The notes beneath the pieces were generated by a model, which made no database searches, was not told the DNA's origin, and was given only the letters and a program-made list of their open reading frames with translations. DNA of 64,000 nucleotides from an uncultured bacterium (GTDB lineage: Bacteria; Acidobacteriota; HRBIN11; JAKEFK01): assembly GCA_963777505.1 (NCBI GenBank), contig CAVZQN010000008.1, positions 96,001 through 160,000 on the forward strand, written 5' to 3'. The position numbers and the translations under genes were made by a program. This document shows positions 10,897 to 20,599 of the stretch, piece by piece (position 1 is the stretch's first letter; each line of letters starts with the position of its first letter).

Positions 10897-11775
10897 ATGG
10901 AGCAATTCACGATCCGCCACGCTTCAAAACTACTTGGGATATCACCACGGCGGCTTCGTCATTGGGAGAAGATTCAGTTTATTCCGCGATCCATTAATTC
11001 GGAAAAAGGTAACTTCTACTCATTCCAGGATTTAATCAGTTTAAAAGCCGCTAAAGAACTGATTTCGGGTGGAATCTCACTACAACAAGTTACACGTTCG
11101 CTTGATTTAATTAAAAAGCGTTTTCCAGAAATAAAAACACTGAGCCAGCTAAAATTCTTTTCACAGAACAATAACCTCTGGATGCGATATAACGGCCTGT
11201 CATTTGATCCAGTCAATGGACAACTGTTGATGAATTTTGAAAATGAAGCTCCTCAAGAACCGGCGAGCTTCAAAGCTCCAAAAAAAGAAAAGACTCACCT
11301 TTATTGGTTTGAATATGGATTGCGTTGCGACATCGAAGGGAAATGGGAAATAGCAGTAAAAGCATATAGAAAGGCACTTCAACTCAATCCCACGCTCGCT
11401 GATTGTTGGAACAACCTGGCGACAATCTACTATCGAGTTGGAAAAAAGAAAAAGGCAATCCGTTTTTATCTGAATGCTTTAAAAATTAATCCATCTTACA
11501 AGCTGGCCTATTACAATCTTGGAAATATTTTCGAGGAAATACGAAAACTCCGGCTTGCAATCAAAATGTACTTAAAGGCGATTGAGTTGGATCCTGAATA
11601 CTATGATGCTCATTACAATCTTGCACTTGTATACGACAAAGTGAAATCGTATCCAGAGGCTTGTCATCATTGGGAACGCTATCTGAAATATGATTCATCC
11701 AGCCGTTGGGCCCGTTATGCGCGGGACAGAGTCCTTGAAATCAATAAAATCATCTCCCTTCAAAAAGAGAAGTAA
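10897..11775 (+). CDS. MerR-type HTH + TPR repeat protein
   Basis: ASKLLGISPRRLRHWE..YSFQDL, followed by several TPRs (NNLATIY, YNLGNIF, YNLALVY). Confidence 0.85.
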   Translation: MEQFTIRHASKLLGISPRRLRHWEKIQFIPRSINSEKGNFYSFQDLISLKAAKELISGGISLQQVTRSLDLIKKRFPEIKTLSQLKFFSQNNNLWMRYNGLSFDPVNGQLLMNFENEAPQEPASFKAPKKEKTHLYWFEYGLRCDIEGKWEIAVKAYRKALQLNPTLADCWNNLATIYYRVGKKKKAIRFYLNALKINPSYKLAYYNLGNIFEEIRKLRLAIKMYLKAIELDPEYYDAHYNLALVYDKVKSYPEACHHWERYLKYDSSSRWARYARDRVLEINKIISLQKEK

Positions 11776-11784
11776 TGCGCCCGA

Positions 11785-11824
11785 GCTCCCCTGCTCCTCC
11801 GCTCCCCTGCTCCTCCGCCCCTGC
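11785..11824 (+). repeat. Family C octamer tandem repeat
   Basis: (GCTCCCCT GCTCCTCC)x2 GCCCCTGC in the intergenic gap. Confidence 0.8.
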
Positions 11825-11855
11825 GTCTGCTACTACGTCTATACTTTATTCACCA

Positions 11856-12935
11856 ATGAGACGCTTCATCGCTGACACCCACTCTGACACCCTCACCTGG
11901 ATGATCGATCAGGGTTGGGGATTGGATGATGATCGCCTTCAGGTAAGCCTCAACAAAATGCGAAAAGGTGGACACGATCTTCAGGTATTTGCATGCTTCA
12001 TCAGTCCTGCAGTCGGAAAAGAACGGTATATCAGCAGGACTCTTCAAATGGTTGATCTCTTAAAGAGTGAAGTAAGAAAGCATCAAAAGAATATCGCGTT
12101 GTGTGATTCAATCGCCCAAATCCGTAAGGCACGGCGAAGTGGAAAGAAAATTGCGCTTCTTGGAATTGAAGGAGGTCATGCTATCCAGAATGATCTTTCG
12201 ATTTTGCGTTGTTACAGAGACCTGGGTGTCATCTACATGACTCTTACCTGGAGCAATACAAATGATTGGGCGGATTCGTCTAACGATGAAGAACGCTGGG
12301 GAGGGCTAACGGAGTTCGGGCACGAGGTTGTTCGTGAAATGAATCGGATCGGAATGATCGTAGATATTTCTCATGTCTCAGACAAAGCGTTCTGGCATGC
12401 GCTGGGCACATCCACCCGGCCAATGATTGCTTCGCATAGCTCGGTCCGGGCTTTATGCAATCATCAAAGGAATATGACAGACAAAATGATTCAAGCACTC
12501 GCAAAAAAAGGTGGGGTGGTGTTCATTAATTTTTATCCAGCATTCATAAGTCAGAATTTTACTCAAGCTTATGAAAAATTAAATGAACGTTTGGAAAATA
12601 AATTCGTAAAGATTCGGAAGCGTTACAAAGACAAACCTGAATTGTCCGGTTATGAAGAAGACCAAATCATTCATGCTCAAAAAAGCTCTCTACCGCCAGT
12701 TACAATGAATGATGTCATTCGGCATATCGAACATGTTGTTAATATTGCAGGTGTTGAATCTGTTGGTCTTGGCTCTGATTTCGACGGAACACCTTTTATG
12801 CCGGCGGATATGCAAGATTGTACTTCCTTGCCGAAACTCTGCGATCAATTGCAAAAACGTAAGTTCAAGTCTTCAGAAATCGACAAAATTGCGAGCGGAA
12901 ATTTTCTTCGCGTTTTTTCGGAAACGGTAGGATAA
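11856..12935 (+). CDS. Membrane dipeptidase (peptidase M19)
   Basis: DTHSD, IEGGH, TLTW, DISH, ASHS, GSDFDG. The true start is probably ATG 11856, since the upstream extension is the repeat. Confidence 0.93.
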   Translation: MRRFIADTHSDTLTWMIDQGWGLDDDRLQVSLNKMRKGGHDLQVFACFISPAVGKERYISRTLQMVDLLKSEVRKHQKNIALCDSIAQIRKARRSGKKIALLGIEGGHAIQNDLSILRCYRDLGVIYMTLTWSNTNDWADSSNDEERWGGLTEFGHEVVREMNRIGMIVDISHVSDKAFWHALGTSTRPMIASHSSVRALCNHQRNMTDKMIQALAKKGGVVFINFYPAFISQNFTQAYEKLNERLENKFVKIRKRYKDKPELSGYEEDQIIHAQKSSLPPVTMNDVIRHIEHVVNIAGVESVGLGSDFDGTPFMPADMQDCTSLPKLCDQLQKRKFKSSEIDKIASGNFLRVFSETVG

Positions 12936-12946
12936 CCGCAAGCACG

Positions 12947-13309
12947 CTAAGGCTTCCAGTTAGTGATGGCTTCGTGGATGGCTTGTTCGGCAAGAACGCT
13001 GCAATGAATTTTTTCGGGTGGCAATCCGCCCATCATTTCTGATAGCTGTTCGTTTGTGATTAGTAAAGCCTTCGAAATATCCATGCCAATCAACATCTCT
13101 GTAACGAAAGATCCTGAGGCGATAGCGGCGCCGCAGCCATAGACCTTGAATTTCGCATCACGGATCACATTATCTTCAATCAACATGTGAAGCTGAAGCA
13201 TATCTCCATCTGCCGAACTCCGGACCCGTGCCTTTGCAGTTGTGTTTTCAATTTCACCAACATTTCTTGGATTTTTTATGTGGTCCAATACTTCCCGCGA
13301 GTATCGCAT
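12947..13309 (-). CDS. iscU: IscU/NifU-N family Fe-S scaffold-like protein
   Basis: YSREVLDH..NPRNVG, FKVYGCGAAIAS, LPPEKIHCS. The first Cys (CGD) reads DGD. Confidence 0.85.
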   Translation of the reverse strand: MRYSREVLDHIKNPRNVGEIENTTAKARVRSSADGDMLQLHMLIEDNVIRDAKFKVYGCGAAIASGSFVTEMLIGMDISKALLITNEQLSEMMGGLPPEKIHCSVLAEQAIHEAITNWKP

Positions 13310-13338
13310 GTGTGATCTTTGCGCCTTTGTGGTGAATC

Positions 13339-14844
13339 TTATTTGGCGGCGATAGCAGAACTTCCGATAAGCATTCCAGCAGATTCTTGCGAAAATTCAG
13401 CAAACGGTGACCAATAAAGTCCCATCATGAATGTTAGAATCGCAAGTACAGTCAGAACGATCATTGAGAGACGCGGCAGCGTAAATTTTTCCTTCGAAGA
13501 ACCATCTTCCAAAATCATCCGTTTAATCACGCCGCCATAGTATGCAAAGGATATAACGCTGTTGATTGCAGCCAGAATTACTAGCCAATAAAATTGCGCA
13601 TGCCATGCAGCCATAAACAAATAAAGTTTGCCAATAAATCCGCCGAGCGCCGGAATTCCAGTCAATGAAAGCAAAAATATAGTAAAGACAGAAGCAGCAA
13701 ATGGAGATCGCAGCATCAGCCCACGATATTCACTGAGTTCATCACTTTTCATTTTTGAAGAAACAGCAATAACAACAGCGAAAGCTCCTAAATTCATGAC
13801 GAGGTAAATCAAAGTATAAAAAAGGATTGATTGGATCCCGGCATCATTCAGAAGTACAAAGCCCATCATCATATAACCGACGTGTGCAATGGAAGAATAT
13901 GCAAGCATCCGCTTCATGCTTGTTTGCCAAAGAGCGACAACATTTCCGACAGTCATCGTGATTGCAGCAATCAGTGCCATGAATGTTGGCCAATGGAAAT
14001 TTCCAACAATCTCATAGTCCGGCGCGCCTTGAGCAAACACTCCATAAAAGAATCGGATCATTAATGCGAAACCTGCAGCTTTTGGTCCGATCGAAAAGAA
14101 AGCTGTAATGACAAGTGGCGAGCCTTGATAAACATCAGGACACCAGAAGTGAAACGGTACAGCTGCAATCTTGTATCCAATACCAACCAGCACAAGCGAT
14201 ACCATGATCAAAAGAAGTGCGGGATTTATATTTGTCGTAATAAGAGAGTCACGGATCTGGCTTAATTCATACGCCCCGGTGAGTCCATACAAATAGGAAA
14301 GACCAAACAACATGACTGCCGTTGAGACAGAACCATAAATTACGAATTTCAGTGAAGCTTCGGCCGAAAGCCGATCTTCTTTTAGAAACCCTGACAATAA
14401 ATAAGAAGGGATGCTAACAAGTTCTAGCGCCAGCCAGATCATCAGTAAATTATTTGCTGTAGCCAGCAGATTCATTCCGAGAACGGAAGCCAGGATCAAA
14501 CAATAAAATTCTCCGGCGTTATAGCGTTTGAGCTCATCAGAGTTCATCGCTAAAAGTACGACCAAAATCGTAGAGATCGCGAAAATAATTTTGAAGTAGA
14601 TTCCAAAGTGATCCACTGTCATCATGCGGAAGAAAATAAAGTTTGGCGCCAGGTCGTATTGGTTGAATGCAGCAATCATCGAAGCCGCGACTCCAATGAT
14701 GGAAATGATTCCTAGCGTGACATAGCTGCTGCGTTTACTGAAAGTTTCGGCTATCAGAACGATCAAAAAGGCTGCGGAAAGAATTAATTCGGGAATGAAA
14801 TATCGGAGACTATTGTTGATTTCAAGAATTACAGAAGGTTGCAT
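13339..14844 (-). CDS. nuoN: NADH-quinone oxidoreductase subunit N
   Basis: EASLKF, YKIAAVPFHFWCPDVYQG, KRMLAYSSIAH, GFIGK; many TM helices. Confidence 0.95.
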   Translation of the reverse strand: MQPSVILEINNSLRYFIPELILSAAFLIVLIAETFSKRSSYVTLGIISIIGVAASMIAAFNQYDLAPNFIFFRMMTVDHFGIYFKIIFAISTILVVLLAMNSDELKRYNAGEFYCLILASVLGMNLLATANNLLMIWLALELVSIPSYLLSGFLKEDRLSAEASLKFVIYGSVSTAVMLFGLSYLYGLTGAYELSQIRDSLITTNINPALLLIMVSLVLVGIGYKIAAVPFHFWCPDVYQGSPLVITAFFSIGPKAAGFALMIRFFYGVFAQGAPDYEIVGNFHWPTFMALIAAITMTVGNVVALWQTSMKRMLAYSSIAHVGYMMMGFVLLNDAGIQSILFYTLIYLVMNLGAFAVVIAVSSKMKSDELSEYRGLMLRSPFAASVFTIFLLSLTGIPALGGFIGKLYLFMAAWHAQFYWLVILAAINSVISFAYYGGVIKRMILEDGSSKEKFTLPRLSMIVLTVLAILTFMMGLYWSPFAEFSQESAGMLIGSSAIAAK

Positions 14845-14846
14845 TT

Positions 14847-15161
14847 CTAACCTTGCATCTCCCGTACTTGAGGTACTTCCACGCTATGAAAATGTCTATA
14901 AATAGCAAAAACGATCGCGAGAGCGACTGCAGCTTCAATTGCAGCAAGCAGAATGACAAAGATAACGAAGACATGTCCGCCAAGCGCGTGAGTTACATAA
15001 TTTGAAAATGCAACAAAATTGATGTTTGCCGCATTCAGGATCAATTCAATTCCCATCAAGACAGCAATGCCATTTCTACGCGTGAGAACCGCACAGAGTC
15101 CGAGACAAAAAAGAATTGCCGCAATAATGAGATAGTGATACAGCCCTGGGGCAAGCATCAT
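14847..15161 (-). CDS. nuoK: NADH-quinone oxidoreductase subunit K
   Basis: RRNGIAVLMGIELILNAAN, AAIEAAVALA. Confidence 0.96.
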   Translation of the reverse strand: MMLAPGLYHYLIIAAILFCLGLCAVLTRRNGIAVLMGIELILNAANINFVAFSNYVTHALGGHVFVIFVILLAAIEAAVALAIVFAIYRHFHSVEVPQVREMQG

Positions 15162-15673
15162 GTGGTCGTCCCTTTTGCGCGAGCAATCGACACCGCGCCA
15201 ACCAGAGCGGCCAGTAGAAGAATTGAGGCTACTTCAAATGGGAGCAGCCATTCCGTCATCAGCAATGTTCCAATCTGAGAAGTTGTTTCTTGAAATGCAG
15301 CAGGCTGCTGAACTTTCCAGGGGGTTTCAAAAATTAAATAAACTAAAAATCCAAACAAAATAAGCATTGCAATAACGGCCGGAATGAATTGGATGCGTCC
15401 TGTTCGAATATCCGCTTCAACCATACGCTGAGTCAGCATAATTCCGAAAAGGAGCAATACGAGAACGCCGCCTACATAAATCAGGACTTGAGTCGCGGCC
15501 AGAAAATCAGCGTGCAAAAAGAGAAACAATCCGGCAATTCCAAACAATGTAAACATTAACGAGAACACGGCTCGCATGATGTTTTTTACAAAGGTCACGA
15601 AAAACGCCGAAATAACGGTCAGTAGTGCAAAAAGATAGAACCCCGCAACATGCAGAATTTGCGTGATTTCCAT
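15158..15673 (-). CDS. nuoJ: NADH-quinone oxidoreductase subunit J
   Basis: ADFLAATQVLIYVGGVLVL, LPFEVASILLLAALVGA. Confidence 0.95.
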   Translation of the reverse strand: MEITQILHVAGFYLFALLTVISAFFVTFVKNIMRAVFSLMFTLFGIAGLFLFLHADFLAATQVLIYVGGVLVLLLFGIMLTQRMVEADIRTGRIQFIPAVIAMLILFGFLVYLIFETPWKVQQPAAFQETTSQIGTLLMTEWLLPFEVASILLLAALVGAVSIARAKGTTT

Positions 15674-15755
15674 TAAAACTCCTGGATCAGGTGTATGAAA
15701 AGACAGCTTATTGTAATTCGAAGATATTTAAAATGGAAGACTGAAGAATTTACCA

Positions 15756-16193
15756 CTAACTTGCAGCAGTTTTCTCGGATGCGGGCTTGCCTGGCTTTAG
15801 CAAATCGGAAATCGTGATTGTATTAAGCTCATCTGTCACATGCTCTTGAATCCGTTGCCAGGCGGTTAGCATTTTACAGCTGGGCTCTAACAAACAGCGC
15901 GTGACTTCACTCAGGCACCTGTTTACGACAACCGGACCATCAATGGCTTCTATGACTTCAAGAAATGTAATTCCAGAAGATTCACGAGCCAGCATATAAC
16001 CGCCATGAGGACCACGAAATGACTTCACAAGATTGCGTTTTACAAGCTTGCGAAGAATCTTAAAAAGGAAATTGACAGGTATGAGTTGATCGCGGGCAAT
16101 TTCACTTACATAGGTGATTTTTTCTGCTGGCTGGATGGCCAGATATATAACTGCGCGAAGAGCGTAATCACCCTCAAGAGACAAAAGCTGCAT
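15756..16193 (-). CDS. Rrf2 family transcriptional regulator with three Fe-S Cys
   Basis: YALRA, LVKSFRGPHGGY, C-x6-C-x5-C (RCLSEVTRCLLEPSC). Confidence 0.93.
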   Translation of the reverse strand: MQLLSLEGDYALRAVIYLAIQPAEKITYVSEIARDQLIPVNFLFKILRKLVKRNLVKSFRGPHGGYMLARESSGITFLEVIEAIDGPVVVNRCLSEVTRCLLEPSCKMLTAWQRIQEHVTDELNTITISDLLKPGKPASEKTAAS

Positions 16194-16215
16194 GAAACGT
16201 TGAACTCTCCCCTAG

Positions 16216-16244
16216 ACGTTACTGAGAAACATACTCTCTGTCAA
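16216..16244 (-). promoter_or_regulatory. Sigma70 promoter of the Rrf2 gene with an overlapping palindromic operator
   Basis: Minus strand TTGACA-17 nt-TAACGT. ACTGAGA-N7-TCTCTGT (16221-16241) spans the spacer. Confidence 0.6.
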
Positions 16245-16262
16245 TCTTTGTGATTCTGCGGT

Positions 16263-17690
16263 TTATTCACTTTTGCTGAGCCAATCGTTTGCAAAATCCA
16301 GAGCATCTTGTCGATTTCGCAATTTACCTTCAAGCTGAGATTCGCGAATCTCTTTTAACAGTTTACCCATTTTTGGACCTGGCTTCATTTGAAGAAACGC
16401 CATCAGGTCCCTACCCTTTAAGAGTTCGGGTGTATTCACTTTCGGATAATATTCGTCATAGTAATAGCGTATCAATTCGCGGACGAATGCAATGAATTCC
16501 GAATCACGAGCTGGATCAGATAGAGGTCCGCGCGCCGCGGATATATCACCATAAGCCATTAACAAAACGCCAATCCCTTCAGTTCCTGTGGCTCTGAAAA
16601 ATCTAAAGAAGGAATCTTCGGATCGATCTTCCTGATTGTATAAATTCAACGGACGAAGATGGTGTTCAATCAACGATGCAACGATTTGTACATCTTTTCG
16701 CGCAAATTTTAATTGTTTCAGTATCGCTTGCGCCAGATCAGAGCCGACATGTTCATGTCCATGAAAACGCCAACGACCGGGCTCACGTAGTTCGCAAGTT
16801 TGCGGTTTTCCTACATCGTGCAACAAAATTCCCCACTTTAACAGACGCTCCCGATCAAGCGTGCCTGGTGTGGACTGAAGGTACTCCCGGATTCGAGTTG
16901 CATGTTCCGGAAATACTTCTGGAATCAGACTAAAGAGAGATTCATGGTTTTCAAGGGCTAAAAGGGTATGTTCCCAAACATCCAGATGATGATAACCGCC
17001 CTGTTCGCAGCCTTTCATGGGAACCAATTCAGGAATCAATGAAAGGAAAAGTCCTGAATTTCCGATCGTTTTCCAAGCAGCGGAAGAATCAGGCTGCAAA
17101 AAGATCCGATCAAGTTCTTCACGAACTCTTTCTGCAGCAACCTCACGGATTAGTGGATGCAATTCGGAAATTTGTTGCAGAACTGAAGGATCAATTTGAA
17201 ACTTCAATTCCGCTTCAAGGCGAAATGCACGGAGCATCCGTAATGGATCATCTTTCATACAGTCTGGAGATACGGCACGGATAATTTTCTTTTCAAGATC
17301 CGATCGTCCATCAGTAGGATCAATTACTTTTTCCAAACGTCGTTCGGGGTAAAAGTCCTCCCATCGCAATGCGATTGAGTTGATTGTGAAATCGCGTTTT
17401 CGAAGATCTCCTTCGATCGTATGATTTCGAAATCCAGTAAAATCCCAATTGCCTTTATCTACAACAACGCGCGCAACCTGTCGTTCTTCATCCATAACAA
17501 AAGCTGGAACCTCAAGTTTTTTTCGAAATAGCTGTACTGCTTCAAAAACATTTTCAAACACAACAAGGTCAACATCATGAATGGGACGGTTGAGCAAAAG
17601 ATCTCGCACAGTACCGCCGCATAGATATGCAGCGATTGGGAGCTGCCTCACAACGGCATCAAAGGCTTGAAGGTATGAATCTTTTAACAA
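16263..17690 (-). CDS. cca: CCA-adding enzyme / poly(A) polymerase family with HD domain
   Basis: GGTVRD..DVD, DLRKRDFTINS, DDPLRMLRAFR, LLHDVGKP, GRDL..PGP. Confidence 0.88.
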   Translation of the reverse strand: MLKDSYLQAFDAVVRQLPIAAYLCGGTVRDLLLNRPIHDVDLVVFENVFEAVQLFRKKLEVPAFVMDEERQVARVVVDKGNWDFTGFRNHTIEGDLRKRDFTINSIALRWEDFYPERRLEKVIDPTDGRSDLEKKIIRAVSPDCMKDDPLRMLRAFRLEAELKFQIDPSVLQQISELHPLIREVAAERVREELDRIFLQPDSSAAWKTIGNSGLFLSLIPELVPMKGCEQGGYHHLDVWEHTLLALENHESLFSLIPEVFPEHATRIREYLQSTPGTLDRERLLKWGILLHDVGKPQTCELREPGRWRFHGHEHVGSDLAQAILKQLKFARKDVQIVASLIEHHLRPLNLYNQEDRSEDSFFRFFRATGTEGIGVLLMAYGDISAARGPLSDPARDSEFIAFVRELIRYYYDEYYPKVNTPELLKGRDLMAFLQMKPGPKMGKLLKEIRESQLEGKLRNRQDALDFANDWLSKSE

Positions 17691-17700
17691 GTGAGTTTAA

Positions 17701-18549
17701 TCAGGAGCGGGAGTGATAAGCACGGAGTTGTTCAATTTGATGAGCATCGCTGCCGGTGGTTTCTTGCAATCCGAAATGGAGTGCAAATTCTCTCAGCATT
17801 GATACAGCAAATTTTTCGACATCAGGTGTTGGAAATTCGCGAGAACCTTCCTGGCAATATGGATATACAACCTCCATTCCATCCATTCCCATTTCTTTCA
17901 AATTACCAATCATTGTATGCAGGTCTTTCATTCCAAGCGAAATACCATCGCGCGAATAATACGCAGGATGTGCAAGTACTGCGATCGCACCAGCCTGATG
18001 AATTAATGCAATCATCGATTCGGAAGAAGGTTTCACAATGATCGAATTTACTTGTATGTTTTCCTTCATCCATTTTTGTGCGGCACGATAGCGATCAGGC
18101 ACAGCAAAATCGTCAAATAGACCTTGATTGATCATGGAGTGAATTAAATGAGGATTCATAAATGTATGACAACGCGCGCAAATTTCATCCAGATCAATTA
18201 CTTTTCTTGCATAAAAGGCATTGATTGCATCAGCCTGCTCAGCTGCTCTTAACTTTCGCGCTTTTTGAATGCTAGCAAGATGTTCATTTAACGGTTGATT
18301 ATTAATATCAAGTCCAAACGCGAGCATATGCAATTCCTGATCTCCGTAGGTGCAATCTAATTCGGCACCAGGAATGACACGCATGTTGCTGCCTTTTGCA
18401 ATATCGAAAGCAATTGGATATGCGCCGATCGCATCATGATCGGTAATTGAAATTTCATCTAAACCCAGCTCGATACACGCCCGCACAAGTTCTTCAGGGC
18501 TCGGTTCCCCGTCGGAAAGGTAGGTGTGCATGTGAAAGTCGCGTTTCAT
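17701..18549 (-). CDS. PHP domain phosphoesterase (TrpH/YciV-like)
   Basis: DFHMHTYLSDG, ITDHD, GAELD, LAHP, GSDAH. Start taken at MKRDFH. Confidence 0.9.
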   Translation of the reverse strand: MKRDFHMHTYLSDGEPSPEELVRACIELGLDEISITDHDAIGAYPIAFDIAKGSNMRVIPGAELDCTYGDQELHMLAFGLDINNQPLNEHLASIQKARKLRAAEQADAINAFYARKVIDLDEICARCHTFMNPHLIHSMINQGLFDDFAVPDRYRAAQKWMKENIQVNSIIVKPSSESMIALIHQAGAIAVLAHPAYYSRDGISLGMKDLHTMIGNLKEMGMDGMEVVYPYCQEGSREFPTPDVEKFAVSMLREFALHFGLQETTGSDAHQIEQLRAYHSRS

Positions 18550-18646
18550 AGTTTCAAGAAAAACGGAACATGATAGCACTAAACGCCATTTGCGCAAAAC
18601 CTTTGTTGCCCTTGTGTCAAGCGATGAGTTTATAATGTCGGAATCT

Positions 18647-19366
18647 ATGACAAGCTGGAAAAGGCAGTTCTTGAATTCTGTCAACCGCGTTTTAAGTTTC
18701 ACAGGAATTGAACTTCAGAGAACTTCTTCCGATCCAAAAGCAGAAAGCCTCCCTTTTTATATTTCCCAGGCAAAAAAAGCTGGAATGGATATTAACGATT
18801 ACCTGGAAAAAGTTGAAAATTGGGGAAATTCACAAAAGCTGCTGGAGACCGAAGTCTTTCCAGTCATTAAAAATGATTCAATTGTTTGTGAACTTGGACC
18901 CGGGACTGGAAGATTTTCAAGACATCTCGCGAAATATTTAACGAACGGAAAACTACACATCATTGATCATTCACCATGGCTTGAAAAATTTCTGCGAGAT
19001 TATTTTAAAGATTCAAATAATGTAATGATCTATGGAGGCTCCGGGCATTCATTACCTTTTAAGGATTCGAATTTCGATTTGATTTTTGCATCGGGAGTTT
19101 TCATCGAGATTAGTTTGCAATTGATCTATAGCTACTCAAAAGAATTCTATCGAACCTTGAAACCTGGCGGCTATTGCATTCTCGATTACTTCGACATCTC
19201 ATCTGAAGATGGGTGGAAACATTTAGAAAAGATGCAATTCGGACCGCACAGCGGTTTTACGTACCACACCACCGAAACAATCGACCGCATTTTCATATCC
19301 GCAGGATTTAAAGTCATGAAACGCCGCTTCACGGGCGCCAGTACTTACCTAATCCTGCGGAAATAA
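18647..19366 (+). CDS. Class I SAM-dependent methyltransferase
   Basis: ELGPGTGR motif I, LPFKDSNFDLI, RTLKPGG. Start uncertain (18635 or 18647). Confidence 0.85.
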   Translation: MTSWKRQFLNSVNRVLSFTGIELQRTSSDPKAESLPFYISQAKKAGMDINDYLEKVENWGNSQKLLETEVFPVIKNDSIVCELGPGTGRFSRHLAKYLTNGKLHIIDHSPWLEKFLRDYFKDSNNVMIYGGSGHSLPFKDSNFDLIFASGVFIEISLQLIYSYSKEFYRTLKPGGYCILDYFDISSEDGWKHLEKMQFGPHSGFTYHTTETIDRIFISAGFKVMKRRFTGASTYLILRK

Positions 19367-19372
19367 TTTGTC

Positions 19373-20403
19373 CTAAGAATTAATCGAATTCTTACTGACT
19401 GACTTTAGTGCTGCGATTTCTTCCGCTAATTCCTGTGCTTTCTTTTGATCCGAAGCTGAAGTGTCGGCGGATTTTTCCAACGTCTCGCGATGTTCCGCTG
19501 ATTTCTGCTCAATAGATTTCGCAATATCAGAAGCGGAAGATGCGAGTTCTGCAGTGGCCGCTTGCGCTGCTGCTGCGGCCGCCAAACCTGCTCCGCGCTA
19601 CTGTCCCTGCTGTAACTCCAACACCGACTGCTGCTGTTCCTACCGCAATTCCCGCATTCGCTGCGAACGTTCCTGCAGCAATACCCATAGCTACTGGAAT
19701 AGCACCTGCCGCAATTGCCACGTCCTTTGCCGCCGTTCCTGCTGCGATTCCTTCTCCCACTGCCGCACTGCCCGCTGCCGCTCCCGCACCAATTGCTGCG
19801 GCTCCAACACCTGCTGCTGCTGTTCCTGCTGCAACTCCCGCACCAGCTGCGGCCGCACCGGCGGCTGCACCCAACGCCTGTAGCTGCTGATACGGCTGTT
19901 CCAATCACAGCAGCGCCACCTGTTACAACGGATACGGCAGCTTGAGTTGCCGCTTGCGTGGCGGTTAATTTTGCAGAAAGAATTTCAGAAATCGTCTTAT
20001 CGGCTAATGCGGCCTTTTTCGTTTCTGCTTCTTGCGGTGCCCCTTTCTTTGAAGCGATCGCTTCATTCGCCGCACTAGAAATGCCTGTTGCCGCCGCCCC
20101 ACCTGCTGCCGCTGCAGCTGATCCAATTGACGCTGCGCTGGAACCAATACCAGCAGCGGCTCCCATACCAGCGGTTGCACTGGCAGCGACCACTGAAGTC
20201 CCGAATGCCATCCATGCAGCATCCCTCTCTTTTTCGTGTCTTTTTTCAGCCTCTTTTATTTGAGATTCTTCAAATAAATCCTTAGGTGCTGTAGAAATTC
20301 CACCTTGGAATGCTTTCGTTTTCGATTCTGATGACTTTGAAGAATCTTCTATTTTGTTTTCAACCGATCCAATGATTCCTTCCACTACTTTCTTAATCTG
20401 CAT
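19373..20403 (-). pseudogene. Ala/Gly-rich protein with charged helical ends, split by two apparent +1 frameshifts (about 342 aa if repaired)
   Basis: Strong GGAGGAG RBS. The Ala/Gly pattern continues across three frames with breaks near 19871 and 19595; 1031 nt minus 2 = 343 codons. Confidence 0.7.
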
Positions 20404-20446
20404 TCTCTCCTCCTGTGCCGCTTTTCAGCAGTTCGATTCAATACAC

Positions 20447-20462
20447 TGCAACCGAAGTGCCA
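20447..20462 (-). promoter_or_regulatory. Sigma54 (-24/-12) promoter
   Basis: Minus strand TGGCAC-TTCGG-TTGCA, matching the consensus, about 45 nt upstream of ATG 20403. Confidence 0.8.
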
Positions 20463-20555
20463 ACGCCGTTGACGAGGAGTGAAGTCTGGAAAGACAGGTT
20501 TTAAGCAACTGTTGTTACTTTCTAGTTGGACAATAGTTGCTGAGGAGAATGGTGC

Positions 20556-20583
20556 AGGGAGGCGATGTAGGCCTCGCCTCCCT
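20556..20583. repeat. REP-like hairpin / possible terminator
   Basis: AGGGAGGCGA-N8-TCGCCTCCCT. Confidence 0.6.
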
Positions 20584-20599
20584 CTAAGATCGAAAGACC

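Noticed and set aside
11775-11855. Pro/Ser-rich N-terminal extension of the dipeptidase
   Set aside because: It is a translation of the octamer repeat; homology starts at ATG 11856.
19461-19883. Cys/Arg-rich ORFs suggesting a metallothionein or RiPP precursor
   Set aside because: They are off-frame or antisense readings of GCN (Ala) codon runs.
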